The position numbers were made by a program, and so were the translations under genes. From Lentisphaerota bacterium (GTDB lineage: Bacteria; Verrucomicrobiota; Kiritimatiellia; RFP12; UBA1067), in NCBI GenBank assembly GCA_015061665.1, contig SUWC01000005.1, forward strand, positions 10,652 through 74,651: a DNA stretch of 64,000 nucleotides. The letters run 5' to 3'. Shown piece after piece: positions 44,466-52,753 of the stretch (the stretch's first letter is position 1; every line of letters begins with the position of its first letter). The notes beneath the pieces are model-generated. The model was not told the DNA's origin, did not search any database, and saw only the letters and a list, made by a program, of their open reading frames with translations.

Positions 44466-44542
44466 TGGTGCGCCTGACTGGGTTCGAACCAGCAACCTTC
44501 GGCTTCGGAGGCCAACGCTCTATCCAATTGAGCTACAGGCGC
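44466..44542 (-). tRNA. tRNA-Arg (anticodon CCG)
   Basis: The acceptor pairs GCGCCTG with CAGGCGC. The anticodon arm is TTGGC-CTCCGAA-GCCGA and the T arm is GCTGG-TTCGAAC-CCAGT. CCA is encoded. Confidence 0.9.
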
Positions 44543-44556
44543 GCAAAACGGAGTAA

Positions 44557-44586
44557 ATTCTATCATTTTACAGCCGCCGAGGTCAA
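44557..44586 (-). promoter_or_regulatory. Promoter for tRNA-Arg
   Basis: The minus strand reads TTGACC, an 18-nt spacer ending in TGA, then TAGAAT. It lies 14 nt upstream of the tRNA 5' end and abuts the murJ stop. Confidence 0.55.
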
Positions 44587-44591
44587 GTGCC

Positions 44592-46193
44592 TCATGCGGA
44601 CGCGCGGCGTCCGCGGTGGCGCAGACGGCGCAGGCTGTCGCGCAGCACGACGGCGGCTATGGAGAAATAGACCAGAATCCCCGCAAGGACAAGCACGCCA
44701 AGAGAGACGATGTCGGCCACCTGGCGTGACTGCACCACCCCCGACGCGAACGCCGCGACGTGCGGCTTGGCGAACCACAGCACGACACCCATGAACGCGG
44801 AGGCAGCAAGCATCTTGGACATCGGAGCCACTGCGCCGACGAGCCCTAGCCTGCCGTTCCTGCGGCGCGCAAGGAGAATGAGCGCTGCACACGACGCCCC
44901 AGCGCAGATGACCGTCGACGCGGCGAGTCCGACATGGCGCCATTCGACGGGCAAGAACACGACGGCGGCTATGTTGAGAACGGCGTTCACCCCAACGGCT
45001 CCGCAGGAGACGTACAGCGGCGTCTTCATGTCGTTCTGGGCGAGGAACCACGGAACGAGCGACTTGGACATGCCGAAGAGTCCGAGACCTAGCGCATACA
45101 CCGCGAGCGCACGTGACACTCGCAGCGTCGCGACCGCGTCAAATTCGCCGCGTTGGTAGATCACTCCGGTCACCTCTGGCGCAAGGACAAGAAGCCCCGC
45201 CGCCGCCGGAAGCATGACGAACATGAGCGACTGGACGCTCGAAAGGAGCGTGGAACGCGCCCCATCGACGTCGCCCTTCGCAAACAGCCCCGCGAAAGTC
45301 GGGAGCAGGACGGTCCCGAACGCGACCCCTATCACTCCCAGGGGAAGGTCCATAAGCCGCTCGGCGTATCCGACGACCCCTGCCGCCCAGTCGCTCGCGT
45401 AGTAAGCGAGGCCTTGGTCCAGGAGGTAGTTCAGCTGCACCGCGCCCGCTCCCATCGCCGCAACGGCAACGTTGCGCCAGACAAGGCGCACCTTCTCGTC
45501 GCCCCAGCCCGTGAACGAAAGGCGCGGCCTTACGCCGGCCTTCGCCATGCGCCAGAACAGAAACGACATCTGGGCCGCGCCTGCGGCCAGGATTGCGAAC
45601 GCAACCAGGTGTATCCTGCGGCCAAGCGAAAGACTCGGGAAAAACGCAAGGCAGCCAAGCGCGGCAATCCAGAAGATGTTGAGGATGCAGGGCATGAAGC
45701 TGGACGCCTTGAAGCGCCCAAGGGCATTGAGAACGCCCATGCCGAACGCCGCGCCGCAGATGAAGACCATGTATGGAAGAAGCGTCTTAACGAGGCGAAG
45801 CGTAAGGGAAAGCCTGTCAAGGTCCTCAAAGCCAAGCTGCGCGCCGTAGCGCGACACGACCTCCACGCCGCCGAACGCAAGGACCACGACCGCCCCCAGC
45901 ATGAGGAGCGTCATCGTCATAACGGCCTGGGCGAGGCGAGAGGCCTTCTCTACGGAAGCGGACTCCACCTCGCCCTTGAAAACCGGAACGAACGCCGCCG
46001 TGAGCGCGCCCTCGCCGAAGAGCTTGCGCGCGGCGTTCGGTATGGCGAAGGCCAGCGTGAACGCGCTCTGCTCCATCCCGGCGCCTATGAACTGCGCCTG
46101 AAGGACTTCGCGCACAAGGCCCAAGACGCGCGAGAGCGACGTGAACGTTCCCACGGTCAGGGTGTTGCGCAGTATGCTGCCGGCCTTCGACAC
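44592..46193 (-). CDS. murJ: Lipid II flippase MurJ
   Basis: TFTSLSRVLGLVREVLQAQFIGAGMEQSAFTLAFAIPNAARKLFGEGALTAAFVPVF is the MurJ/MviN N-terminal signature. The product is a 14-TM type protein. Confidence 0.9.
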   Translation of the reverse strand: MSKAGSILRNTLTVGTFTSLSRVLGLVREVLQAQFIGAGMEQSAFTLAFAIPNAARKLFGEGALTAAFVPVFKGEVESASVEKASRLAQAVMTMTLLMLGAVVVLAFGGVEVVSRYGAQLGFEDLDRLSLTLRLVKTLLPYMVFICGAAFGMGVLNALGRFKASSFMPCILNIFWIAALGCLAFFPSLSLGRRIHLVAFAILAAGAAQMSFLFWRMAKAGVRPRLSFTGWGDEKVRLVWRNVAVAAMGAGAVQLNYLLDQGLAYYASDWAAGVVGYAERLMDLPLGVIGVAFGTVLLPTFAGLFAKGDVDGARSTLLSSVQSLMFVMLPAAAGLLVLAPEVTGVIYQRGEFDAVATLRVSRALAVYALGLGLFGMSKSLVPWFLAQNDMKTPLYVSCGAVGVNAVLNIAAVVFLPVEWRHVGLAASTVICAGASCAALILLARRRNGRLGLVGAVAPMSKMLAASAFMGVVLWFAKPHVAAFASGVVQSRQVADIVSLGVLVLAGILVYFSIAAVVLRDSLRRLRHRGRRASA

Positions 46194-46196
46194 TTT

Positions 46197-48662
46197 TTAG
46201 GCGAACTTCACGGGCTTGACGCCCCAGATGTCGTTCGCGTACTCGAGAATCGCGCGGTCGGACGAGAAGCGTCCCGAGCGGGCGATGTTGACGAGGGACA
46301 TCTTGTTCCACTTCTTGACGTCGCGGTACGTCGCGTCGACGCGATCCTGGGCTTCGCTGTAGCTCTCGAGGTCCGCGAGGAGCATATAGTAGTCGTTGTA
46401 GTCGAGAAGCGAACGGAGAATCGGGTCGAAGAGACCGGGGTCGAGCAGCGAGAACACGTTCGACTTAATCATGTCGAGGGCCTGCTTGATCTCGGGGTTC
46501 TTGCGGTAGTAGTCGCGGGAGACGTACGTGGGACGCTTCTTCGCGACGTCCTCGGTGCGCATGCCGAAGAGGAACATGTTTTCGTCTCCAACTTCCTGGT
46601 TGATCTCGACGTTGGCGCCGTCGTAGGTGCCGATCGTGAGTGCGCCGTTCATCATGAACTTCATGTTGCCCGTGCCCGACGCCTCCATTCCGGCAAGCGA
46701 AATCTGCTCGGAGACCTCGGCCGCAGGCATGATCTTCTCGGCGAGCGAGACGCGGTAGTCGGGAAGGAACGCTACGGAGAGCTTCTCGCGCGTCTTCGGG
46801 TTGGAGTTGACGACACCCGCAACGCCGTGGATCAGGCGGATGATGAGCTTGGCCATGTAGTAGCCAGGCGCCGCCTTGGCGGCGAAGATGAACGAACGCG
46901 GAACCGGGTCGAACTTCTCGTCGTTGATGAGGCGGTTGTACATGATGATGATGTAGAGAACGAGGAGGAGCTGGCGCTTGTACTCGTGGAGGCGCTTGAC
47001 CTGCACGTCGAATATCGCGTTCGGGTCGAGCTTGACGCCAAGGCTCTTCATCACGTAGTTCGACAGGTTCTCCTTGTTCGCGCGCTTGATCTTCGCAAGC
47101 GAATCGAGGAACGCCTTGTCGGACGTGAACTTCTCGAGCTTCTTGAGCTCGTCGAGATGCGTCACCCAGTTATCGCCGATCTTCTCGGTGATGAGCTGCG
47201 CGAGCGCCGGGTTGGCCTTGAGCAGCCAGCGGCGGGGCGTTATGCCGTTCGTCACGTTGTGGAACTTCTCGGGGAAGAGCTCGTAGAAGTCCTTGAAGAG
47301 CGAGTCCTTGAGAATCTGCGTGTGCAGCTCGGCGACGCCGTTGACGGACGAGGTGGACACGAGGCAGAGGTTCGCCATGCGGACATAGCGCTCGCCGTTC
47401 TCGTCGATGAGCGACATGCGGCGAAGACGAGCAATGTCGCCTGGATACTGCGCGGAAATCTGCTGCAGGAAGCGTCCGTTGATCTCGTAGATGATCTGGA
47501 GGTGGCGGGGCAGAAGCCTCTCCATCATCGCGACAGGCCACTTCTCGAGCGCCTCGGGGAGGATCGTGTGGTTCGTGTAGCCGGTCGAGCGGCGGGTGAG
47601 GTCCCACGCCTTGTCCCAGTCAAGGCCCTCCTTGTCGATGAGCACGCGCATGAGCTCGGGGATGACGAGCGCGGGGTGCGTCTCGTTGAGGTGGATGAAC
47701 ACCTTGTCGGGAAGCGACTCCCAGTTGTCGTTTATCTCGCGGTAGCGGCGGAGTATGTCCTTCAGCGAGCATGCCACGAAGAAGTACTGCTGGCGGAGGC
47801 GGAGCTCCTTGCCGGCCATCGTGTTGTCGTTCGGATACAGGACCTTCGTGAGGTTTTCGGCGAGCACCTTCGACTCGACGGCCTCGACGTACGAGCCCTT
47901 GTTGAAGTCCGCGAGATCGAACTCGTCGACAGCCTTTGCGCTCCAGAGGCGGAGCGAGTTTACGGCGTTGTTGTAGCCGACGATCGGAAGGTCATAGGGA
48001 ACGCCCTCGACCTGTTCGGCAGGGACCCAGAGCCACTGCTGGCGGCCCTTTATCGTGGCGTACTCGACATGTCCGCCGAAGTGGACGATCTGCGAGTACT
48101 CGGGGCGCGCCATCTCCCACGGATAGCCGTCCTTGAGCCAGCGGTCAGGCTCCTCGACCTGGTTGCCGTCAACGATCTTCTGGCGGAAGATGCCGTAGTC
48201 GTAGCGCAGTCCGTAGCCCATGCCCGCAAGGTCGAGCGTCGACATCGAATCGAGGTAGCACGCGGCGAGGCGTCCGAGGCCGCCGTTGCCGAGTCCCGCG
48301 TCCGTCTCGTAGTCGCGCAGGTCGTTCCAGTCGATTCCGTACTCCTTGAGCGCGTCGCGGCACTGCTGGTCGACCTTGAGGTTGATTACGTTGTTGCCGA
48401 GAAGTCGTCCCATGAGGAACTCGAGGGACATGTAGTAGACGCGCTTCGTGTTCTGCCTGCGGTATTCCTCCTGCGTGAGAATCCAACGCTCGACTATGCG
48501 GTCGCGAATCGCGTTCGCAAAGGCCGTGTAGCGGTCGCGGTCGGTGGCGCGCTCGTCGCTCTTGGCGACAGTGTAGCGCAGATGCCACGCAAAGTCCTCC
48601 TTCAGTCCTTCGACTGACATCTCGACGCGACGGTCTTTCTTCTTCGTCGTTTTCTTTTCCAT
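46197..48662 (-). CDS. glgP: Glycogen/alpha-glucan phosphorylase
   Basis: LGNGGLGRLAACYLDS and the PLP-Lys block EASGTGNMKFMMNGALTIGTYDGANVEI are present. The product is 821 aa. Confidence 0.95.
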   Translation of the reverse strand: MEKKTTKKKDRRVEMSVEGLKEDFAWHLRYTVAKSDERATDRDRYTAFANAIRDRIVERWILTQEEYRRQNTKRVYYMSLEFLMGRLLGNNVINLKVDQQCRDALKEYGIDWNDLRDYETDAGLGNGGLGRLAACYLDSMSTLDLAGMGYGLRYDYGIFRQKIVDGNQVEEPDRWLKDGYPWEMARPEYSQIVHFGGHVEYATIKGRQQWLWVPAEQVEGVPYDLPIVGYNNAVNSLRLWSAKAVDEFDLADFNKGSYVEAVESKVLAENLTKVLYPNDNTMAGKELRLRQQYFFVACSLKDILRRYREINDNWESLPDKVFIHLNETHPALVIPELMRVLIDKEGLDWDKAWDLTRRSTGYTNHTILPEALEKWPVAMMERLLPRHLQIIYEINGRFLQQISAQYPGDIARLRRMSLIDENGERYVRMANLCLVSTSSVNGVAELHTQILKDSLFKDFYELFPEKFHNVTNGITPRRWLLKANPALAQLITEKIGDNWVTHLDELKKLEKFTSDKAFLDSLAKIKRANKENLSNYVMKSLGVKLDPNAIFDVQVKRLHEYKRQLLLVLYIIIMYNRLINDEKFDPVPRSFIFAAKAAPGYYMAKLIIRLIHGVAGVVNSNPKTREKLSVAFLPDYRVSLAEKIMPAAEVSEQISLAGMEASGTGNMKFMMNGALTIGTYDGANVEINQEVGDENMFLFGMRTEDVAKKRPTYVSRDYYRKNPEIKQALDMIKSNVFSLLDPGLFDPILRSLLDYNDYYMLLADLESYSEAQDRVDATYRDVKKWNKMSLVNIARSGRFSSDRAILEYANDIWGVKPVKFA

Positions 48663-48739
48663 GGTTATTCCTCTTTCATTTACCTTTGTGTGATCGCCTT
48701 TTATGTAATCAAGTCCGATTCATGACGCCCAAGCCATCA

Positions 48740-49888
48740 TCATTCGCTCTTGAAAATTCCCTTAATTGCATCGACTGCCTTGCCAGCGCCGTCGCCGATC
48801 GCTCCAGCGGCCTTGCCCGCGCCGTCGCCAATCGCGCCAACAGCCTTGCCCGCGCCGTCGCCGATTGCGCCAACGGCCTTGCCTGCGCCCCCGACAACTG
48901 CACCTGCGCCGTCGCCAATCGCGCCAACGGCCTTGCCTGCGCCGTCGCCAATCGCGCCAACGGCCTTGCCTGCGCCGTCGCCGATTGCGCCAACGGCCTT
49001 GCCTGCGCCCCCGACAACTGCACCTGCGCCGTCGCCAATCGCACCAACGGCCTTGCCTGCGCCCTCCGCGACCGCTCCCGCACTGTCGCCAATGGCATCA
49101 GCGGCCTTGCCGGCACCGTCGCCAATCACGCCGGCGACCTTGCTGGCGCCATCACCGACAAGCCCAACCGCGAGCTTTCCGACATCGCCAACGGCACCTA
49201 GCGCGCCCGTGATGCATTCCATGACCTTCTTGTAGACGGACGACACGACCTCCGCCAGCGAAGCACCGTCGGGCTCGTCCGCGCCAATGCCTTCCATCTC
49301 GATCGTGGGAATGACAATCGGCATGACGCCATAGTTGACCTTGATGTTCTTCAGCACGAGCTTGTCTATGACAAAGCGCTTGCCTTCCGAGGCGGGAGAC
49401 TCCTCCACCTCCTTCTCGACATTCTTCTCGCCGTCGTCAAGTCTGCTGAGCATGCTGCCTTTCGGCTCGTCGTCCTTTGTCTCCTTGGGCTCGCCCTTGA
49501 CGTTGGCGAGTATCTTGCGGAAGTTCGAGCCTGTCAGGTCGGTCGAGACGACGAGTCCGTCAAGCGAGACAAGCGTCACATGGACCTTCTTCGACAGAAG
49601 CGTCGTCATCTCCAAGTCGACGTCAAAGTTCCCGAGCTCGACGCAGTTGCCCTCGCCGCATTCGGGCGGGTTCGCGAGCTGCATGTCGCCAACCGCGAGC
49701 GTTCCGACGTACTGGTTGAGGCCGAACTTGCCGAGGTTGAACTTGCAGCCCGTGATCTTGGGCGCCTGCCAGTTTGCGACGCCCTTCGCGACTGGGCCAA
49801 TCCAAAGCGGGAGCGCAAGGACTACGACTACGATGACGACAAACGTCCACAGGACGACCTTGCCGGCTATCTTAAGCACTTTTTTCAT
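48740..49888 (-). CDS. Membrane-anchored AsmA/DUF748-like protein with a C-terminal Gly-rich 11-residue tandem repeat
   Basis: It has an N-terminal TM anchor and an AsmA-like beta region (LANPPECGEGNCVELGNFDVDLEMTTLLSKKVHVTLVSLDGLVV). About 140 aa of (GAIGDGAGKAV)n follow. An ATGA overlap couples it to the upstream LolA-like gene. Confidence 0.5.
   Translation of the reverse strand: MKKVLKIAGKVVLWTFVVIVVVVLALPLWIGPVAKGVANWQAPKITGCKFNLGKFGLNQYVGTLAVGDMQLANPPECGEGNCVELGNFDVDLEMTTLLSKKVHVTLVSLDGLVVSTDLTGSNFRKILANVKGEPKETKDDEPKGSMLSRLDDGEKNVEKEVEESPASEGKRFVIDKLVLKNIKVNYGVMPIVIPTIEMEGIGADEPDGASLAEVVSSVYKKVMECITGALGAVGDVGKLAVGLVGDGASKVAGVIGDGAGKAADAIGDSAGAVAEGAGKAVGAIGDGAGAVVGGAGKAVGAIGDGAGKAVGAIGDGAGKAVGAIGDGAGAVVGGAGKAVGAIGDGAGKAVGAIGDGAGKAAGAIGDGAGKAVDAIKGIFKSE
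48773..49198 (-). repeat. In-frame tandem repeat inside the CDS, with a 33-bp unit and a 120-bp higher-order unit
   Basis: Segment 48841-48900 is nearly identical to 48961-49020 (cagccttgcccgc versus cggccttgcctgc, then identical). The element gcccccgacaactgcacctgc recurs 120 bp apart, and 33-bp units fill the space between. Confidence 0.9.
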
Positions 49889-50514
49889 TTCAGGTTCTCC
49901 ACCGTTATTTTTGTTCTGTGGCCGGACCCCAAGGTCTCGACCTCAAGCACATTAGGGACCCAGCGGTCGCCGAACTTCTTTATGCGGGTCCCCCACAGAC
50001 GGCGCTTTGCCTTCCCGTCCGCAAGTTCCTCGGCCTGCATGAGCGCACCCGTCTTGCGATCCACCCAAACGCGGACCTGGCGCTCGCCCTTCTTCATGAG
50101 GATGACCTGGCAGAGCTGCCCGTGGACCGTCTCGCTCTCGCGCTCCTCGTCAAAGGAAAAATCGTCCCACCACAGGTAGTCGAGGGTCAAGTCGCTCCAG
50201 GTGACGTCCGTCCCCAGCAAGTTCCCCTCTCGTCCGAACACTACTTCGGCGCCGTCGGAATCCGTTATGCGAAGATCCGTCTCCCCGCCCCGGCGCGTCA
50301 GGACATACCCGAACTCCGACTGGACGATTCCCTTGCGGTTGCGAAGGACAATCCTTCCCGATGCCTCGACGTCGGCTGGCATCATGGCCCTGCAGCCTTC
50401 TACCAGCGCCCTCGCCGTGAGATTATTTTGCATAGACTCCTCAGTCGGCGCCACATCTACGGCAGCGCAGCAAAACAACGCCAAAAAGGCCAAAATAAGG
50501 ACATTTATCCGCAT
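49885..50514 (-). CDS. LolA-like outer-membrane lipoprotein-sorting family protein (putative)
   Basis: The start was trimmed to MRINVLILAFLALFCCAAVDV, a signal peptide. The beta-rich body of about 200 aa has a C-terminal FGDRWVPNVLEVE...KITVENLK block. That block is reminiscent of LolA_like proteins. Confidence 0.45.
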   Translation of the reverse strand: MRINVLILAFLALFCCAAVDVAPTEESMQNNLTARALVEGCRAMMPADVEASGRIVLRNRKGIVQSEFGYVLTRRGGETDLRITDSDGAEVVFGREGNLLGTDVTWSDLTLDYLWWDDFSFDEERESETVHGQLCQVILMKKGERQVRVWVDRKTGALMQAEELADGKAKRRLWGTRIKKFGDRWVPNVLEVETLGSGHRTKITVENLK

Positions 50515-50523
50515 TACGGAGAT

Positions 50524-50536
50524 ATTATACCAAAAA
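50524..50536 (-). promoter_or_regulatory. Extended -10 promoter for the LolA-like / AsmA-like pair (leaderless geometry)
   Basis: The minus strand reads TTTTTGGTATAAT. The hexamer ends 9 nt before ATG 50514. Confidence 0.6.
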
Positions 50537-50617
50537 TGCGGCGAGGTTGGCAATTTCGCGCGCCCGGAGGGAAAACGTCGGGCATACGGTTCCCGGCATC
50601 GGATGCGGCACCGAGGG

Positions 50618-52753
50618 TCATAAGGCACAGGCGCGGACAAGTGATTCTGCCGTCGGCTCTGCCGCGGTCACGATGTCTTCGACGCCTTGCCTCTCCAGCG
50701 CAGCATGCGTGCGCGCGCCTATCGCCGCGCAGCGTGTGGAACCGTGCGCCGCCGCGAAAATGCGCTCGACGGACGACGCGCAGGCGAAGAGCGCGGCATC
50801 GTAGCGCGAGAGATCGACTTCGCCTTCTATCGGAACCGGATCGTTGCGGTAGACGTCTATATGCCGAACTCCCGAAACGCGCGGCGCGTCGGGCTGCGTG
50901 AGATGGAGCGTCCGCACGTCCGGCTTTACCTCGCGCACGCGCTCCACGCGTATCCCCTTCGCGCGCACAACCGCGAGAATCTCGTCCGTGAGTCCGAGCC
51001 GTCCGTTTTCGCTCGTCAAGACGATGCGATCCACGCCTTCGAGATCAGCTGGCGAGAGCGCGCCGTCGATTCGGACAATCCGACCCACGATCCGTTCGTC
51101 CACCTCGCCGCCGAGCGCGCGGAGAAGTCCCGGAATCCGGCGCGAGCCGCCTTCGATGACAGGGACGAGAAAGCGCCGCCCCGCGCAGGGAAATCCCAGA
51201 CGCCCACGCAGCGACACAACATCACCAACAACGAGAATCGCCGGAGACGCGCAGCCCGCCGCCTGAGATCTATCGCCGATGTCCGCGAGCGTTCCCTCCG
51301 CGCACTTCGCTTCCGGCATCGTCGCCGCGCTGACAACCGCCGCAGGCGTCGTAGCCGCGCGCCCTGCCGAGACAAGTCCCGACGCGATTTCCCGCACGCG
51401 CGCAAGCCCCATCAGAAAAACGTAGGTGCGCGATACGTCCAGCATCCGCGCATAGTCGAGCGCGAGCGGTTCGTCGTTCTTCGCATGCGCCGTGACGACC
51501 TCGAATCCGTTTGCGACGCCGCGGTGCGTGACCGGAATCCCGAACGCCGCCGGACCCGCCACCGCCGAGGTGACGCCCGGTATCGCGCGGCATTCGACGC
51601 CGTGCTCCAGGAGATACGCCATCTCCTCTCCGCCGCGTCCGAAGACAAACGGATCGCCACCCTTCAGACGAACCACCCGACGTCCCGAAATAGCCTTCGC
51701 GAGAAGAAGCGCATTTATCTCGTCCTGCGGGAGCGAGTGGCGCCCACTCTCCTTCCCGACGTATATCCGCTCGCACGACGCGGGCGCCGCGCCGACGAGT
51801 TCGGACGAAACGAGGCGGTCGTAGACAAGCACCTCGGCCGCGCGGATCGCATTCAGCCCCTTGACGGTGACGAGTTCCGGATCGCCCGGCCCCGCCCCGA
51901 CAAGCGTCACCTCTCCCGCCGTGCGATGTTCAACCGTAACCGGACCTTCCGCCGGGCCAGAAACGCAGTGGAGCGTGAAGCGTCCGTCCCTGAACTCCGC
52001 GAACGCACCGATCGGCAGATGGCAGTCCGCGCCGGCTTCGCGCAGAAATTCGCGTTCGGCAGTCGCGACAGCTTCGGCGTGGTCATCGCCGAGCGCGTCG
52101 ATCTTCGCTTTCAGCTCGGCGTCGCACGCGCGAAGCTCGATTGCAACCTGCCCTTGGTTCGCGGCGGGAATGACGACGGACGGATCGAGGTATTCCGAAA
52201 TGACGTCTTCGCGTCCGAGCCGCTTGAGCCCCGCCGCGGCGAGAACGAGCGCGTCAAGGCGCGGCTCGTCGGGTCCCGGTTCGAAGAGCTTGCGAAGGCG
52301 CGTGTCGACATTCCCGCGGATGCCGGTGAACACGAGGTCGGGACGCATCCGCCGCAGCAGCGCGGCGCGGCGCGGACTCCCCGTGGCGACGACGGCGCCG
52401 GACGGCAGATCGGCAAGCGACTTCGCCGGCGCGCGGCAGACGAGCGCGTCGCGCGGATCGCCGCGCGTCCACGCCTTCGCGAGGACGAGTCCGTCCGGCA
52501 GCGTGACCGCGAGATCCTTCATCGAATGGACGGCGAGATCGACCTCTCCGCTGAGCAGCGCGCGCTCGAGCTCGTGCGCGAACGCGCCGCCGCCGAGCTC
52601 CGCAATGGGGCGGTCCGTCACGCGGTCGCCGTGCGTCGTGACGACGACAATCTCGAACGTGTCGCCGGGATACGCCGCCGCAAGACGCGACTTGACGCCG
52701 TTCGCCTGGACGAGCGCGAGCTTCGATCCGCGAGTTCCGATTCTATAGTCCAT
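50618..52753 (-). CDS. Triple fusion of hydroxymethylbilane synthase (HemC), uroporphyrinogen-III C-methyltransferase (CobA/SUMT) and uroporphyrinogen-III synthase (HemD)
   Basis: Residues 1 to about 285 are HemC (IGTRGSKLALVQA, AVHSMKDL, cofactor Cys in FLREAGADCHLPIG). The middle is SUMT (VTLVGAGPGDPELVTVKG, LKGGDPFVFGRGGEE, IPGVTSA). The C-terminal ~230 aa resemble HemD. Confidence 0.8.
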   Translation of the reverse strand: MDYRIGTRGSKLALVQANGVKSRLAAAYPGDTFEIVVVTTHGDRVTDRPIAELGGGAFAHELERALLSGEVDLAVHSMKDLAVTLPDGLVLAKAWTRGDPRDALVCRAPAKSLADLPSGAVVATGSPRRAALLRRMRPDLVFTGIRGNVDTRLRKLFEPGPDEPRLDALVLAAAGLKRLGREDVISEYLDPSVVIPAANQGQVAIELRACDAELKAKIDALGDDHAEAVATAEREFLREAGADCHLPIGAFAEFRDGRFTLHCVSGPAEGPVTVEHRTAGEVTLVGAGPGDPELVTVKGLNAIRAAEVLVYDRLVSSELVGAAPASCERIYVGKESGRHSLPQDEINALLLAKAISGRRVVRLKGGDPFVFGRGGEEMAYLLEHGVECRAIPGVTSAVAGPAAFGIPVTHRGVANGFEVVTAHAKNDEPLALDYARMLDVSRTYVFLMGLARVREIASGLVSAGRAATTPAAVVSAATMPEAKCAEGTLADIGDRSQAAGCASPAILVVGDVVSLRGRLGFPCAGRRFLVPVIEGGSRRIPGLLRALGGEVDERIVGRIVRIDGALSPADLEGVDRIVLTSENGRLGLTDEILAVVRAKGIRVERVREVKPDVRTLHLTQPDAPRVSGVRHIDVYRNDPVPIEGEVDLSRYDAALFACASSVERIFAAAHGSTRCAAIGARTHAALERQGVEDIVTAAEPTAESLVRACAL

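Noticed and set aside
45153-48617. A 1154-aa plus-strand ORF spanning the murJ/glgP region.
   Set aside because: It is antisense to two genes with unmistakable family signatures (the MurJ N-terminal block and the glycogen phosphorylase PLP site). Its composition is low-complexity R/E/A/V/L, typical of shadow frames in GC-rich DNA. It has no promoter or SD.
48773-49198. Regularly spaced DNA repeats, considered as a possible CRISPR array or intergenic repeat element.
   Set aside because: The repeats are contiguous with no unique spacers. They are in frame and lie inside a long ORF encoding a Gly-rich peptide repeat. No cas genes are present.
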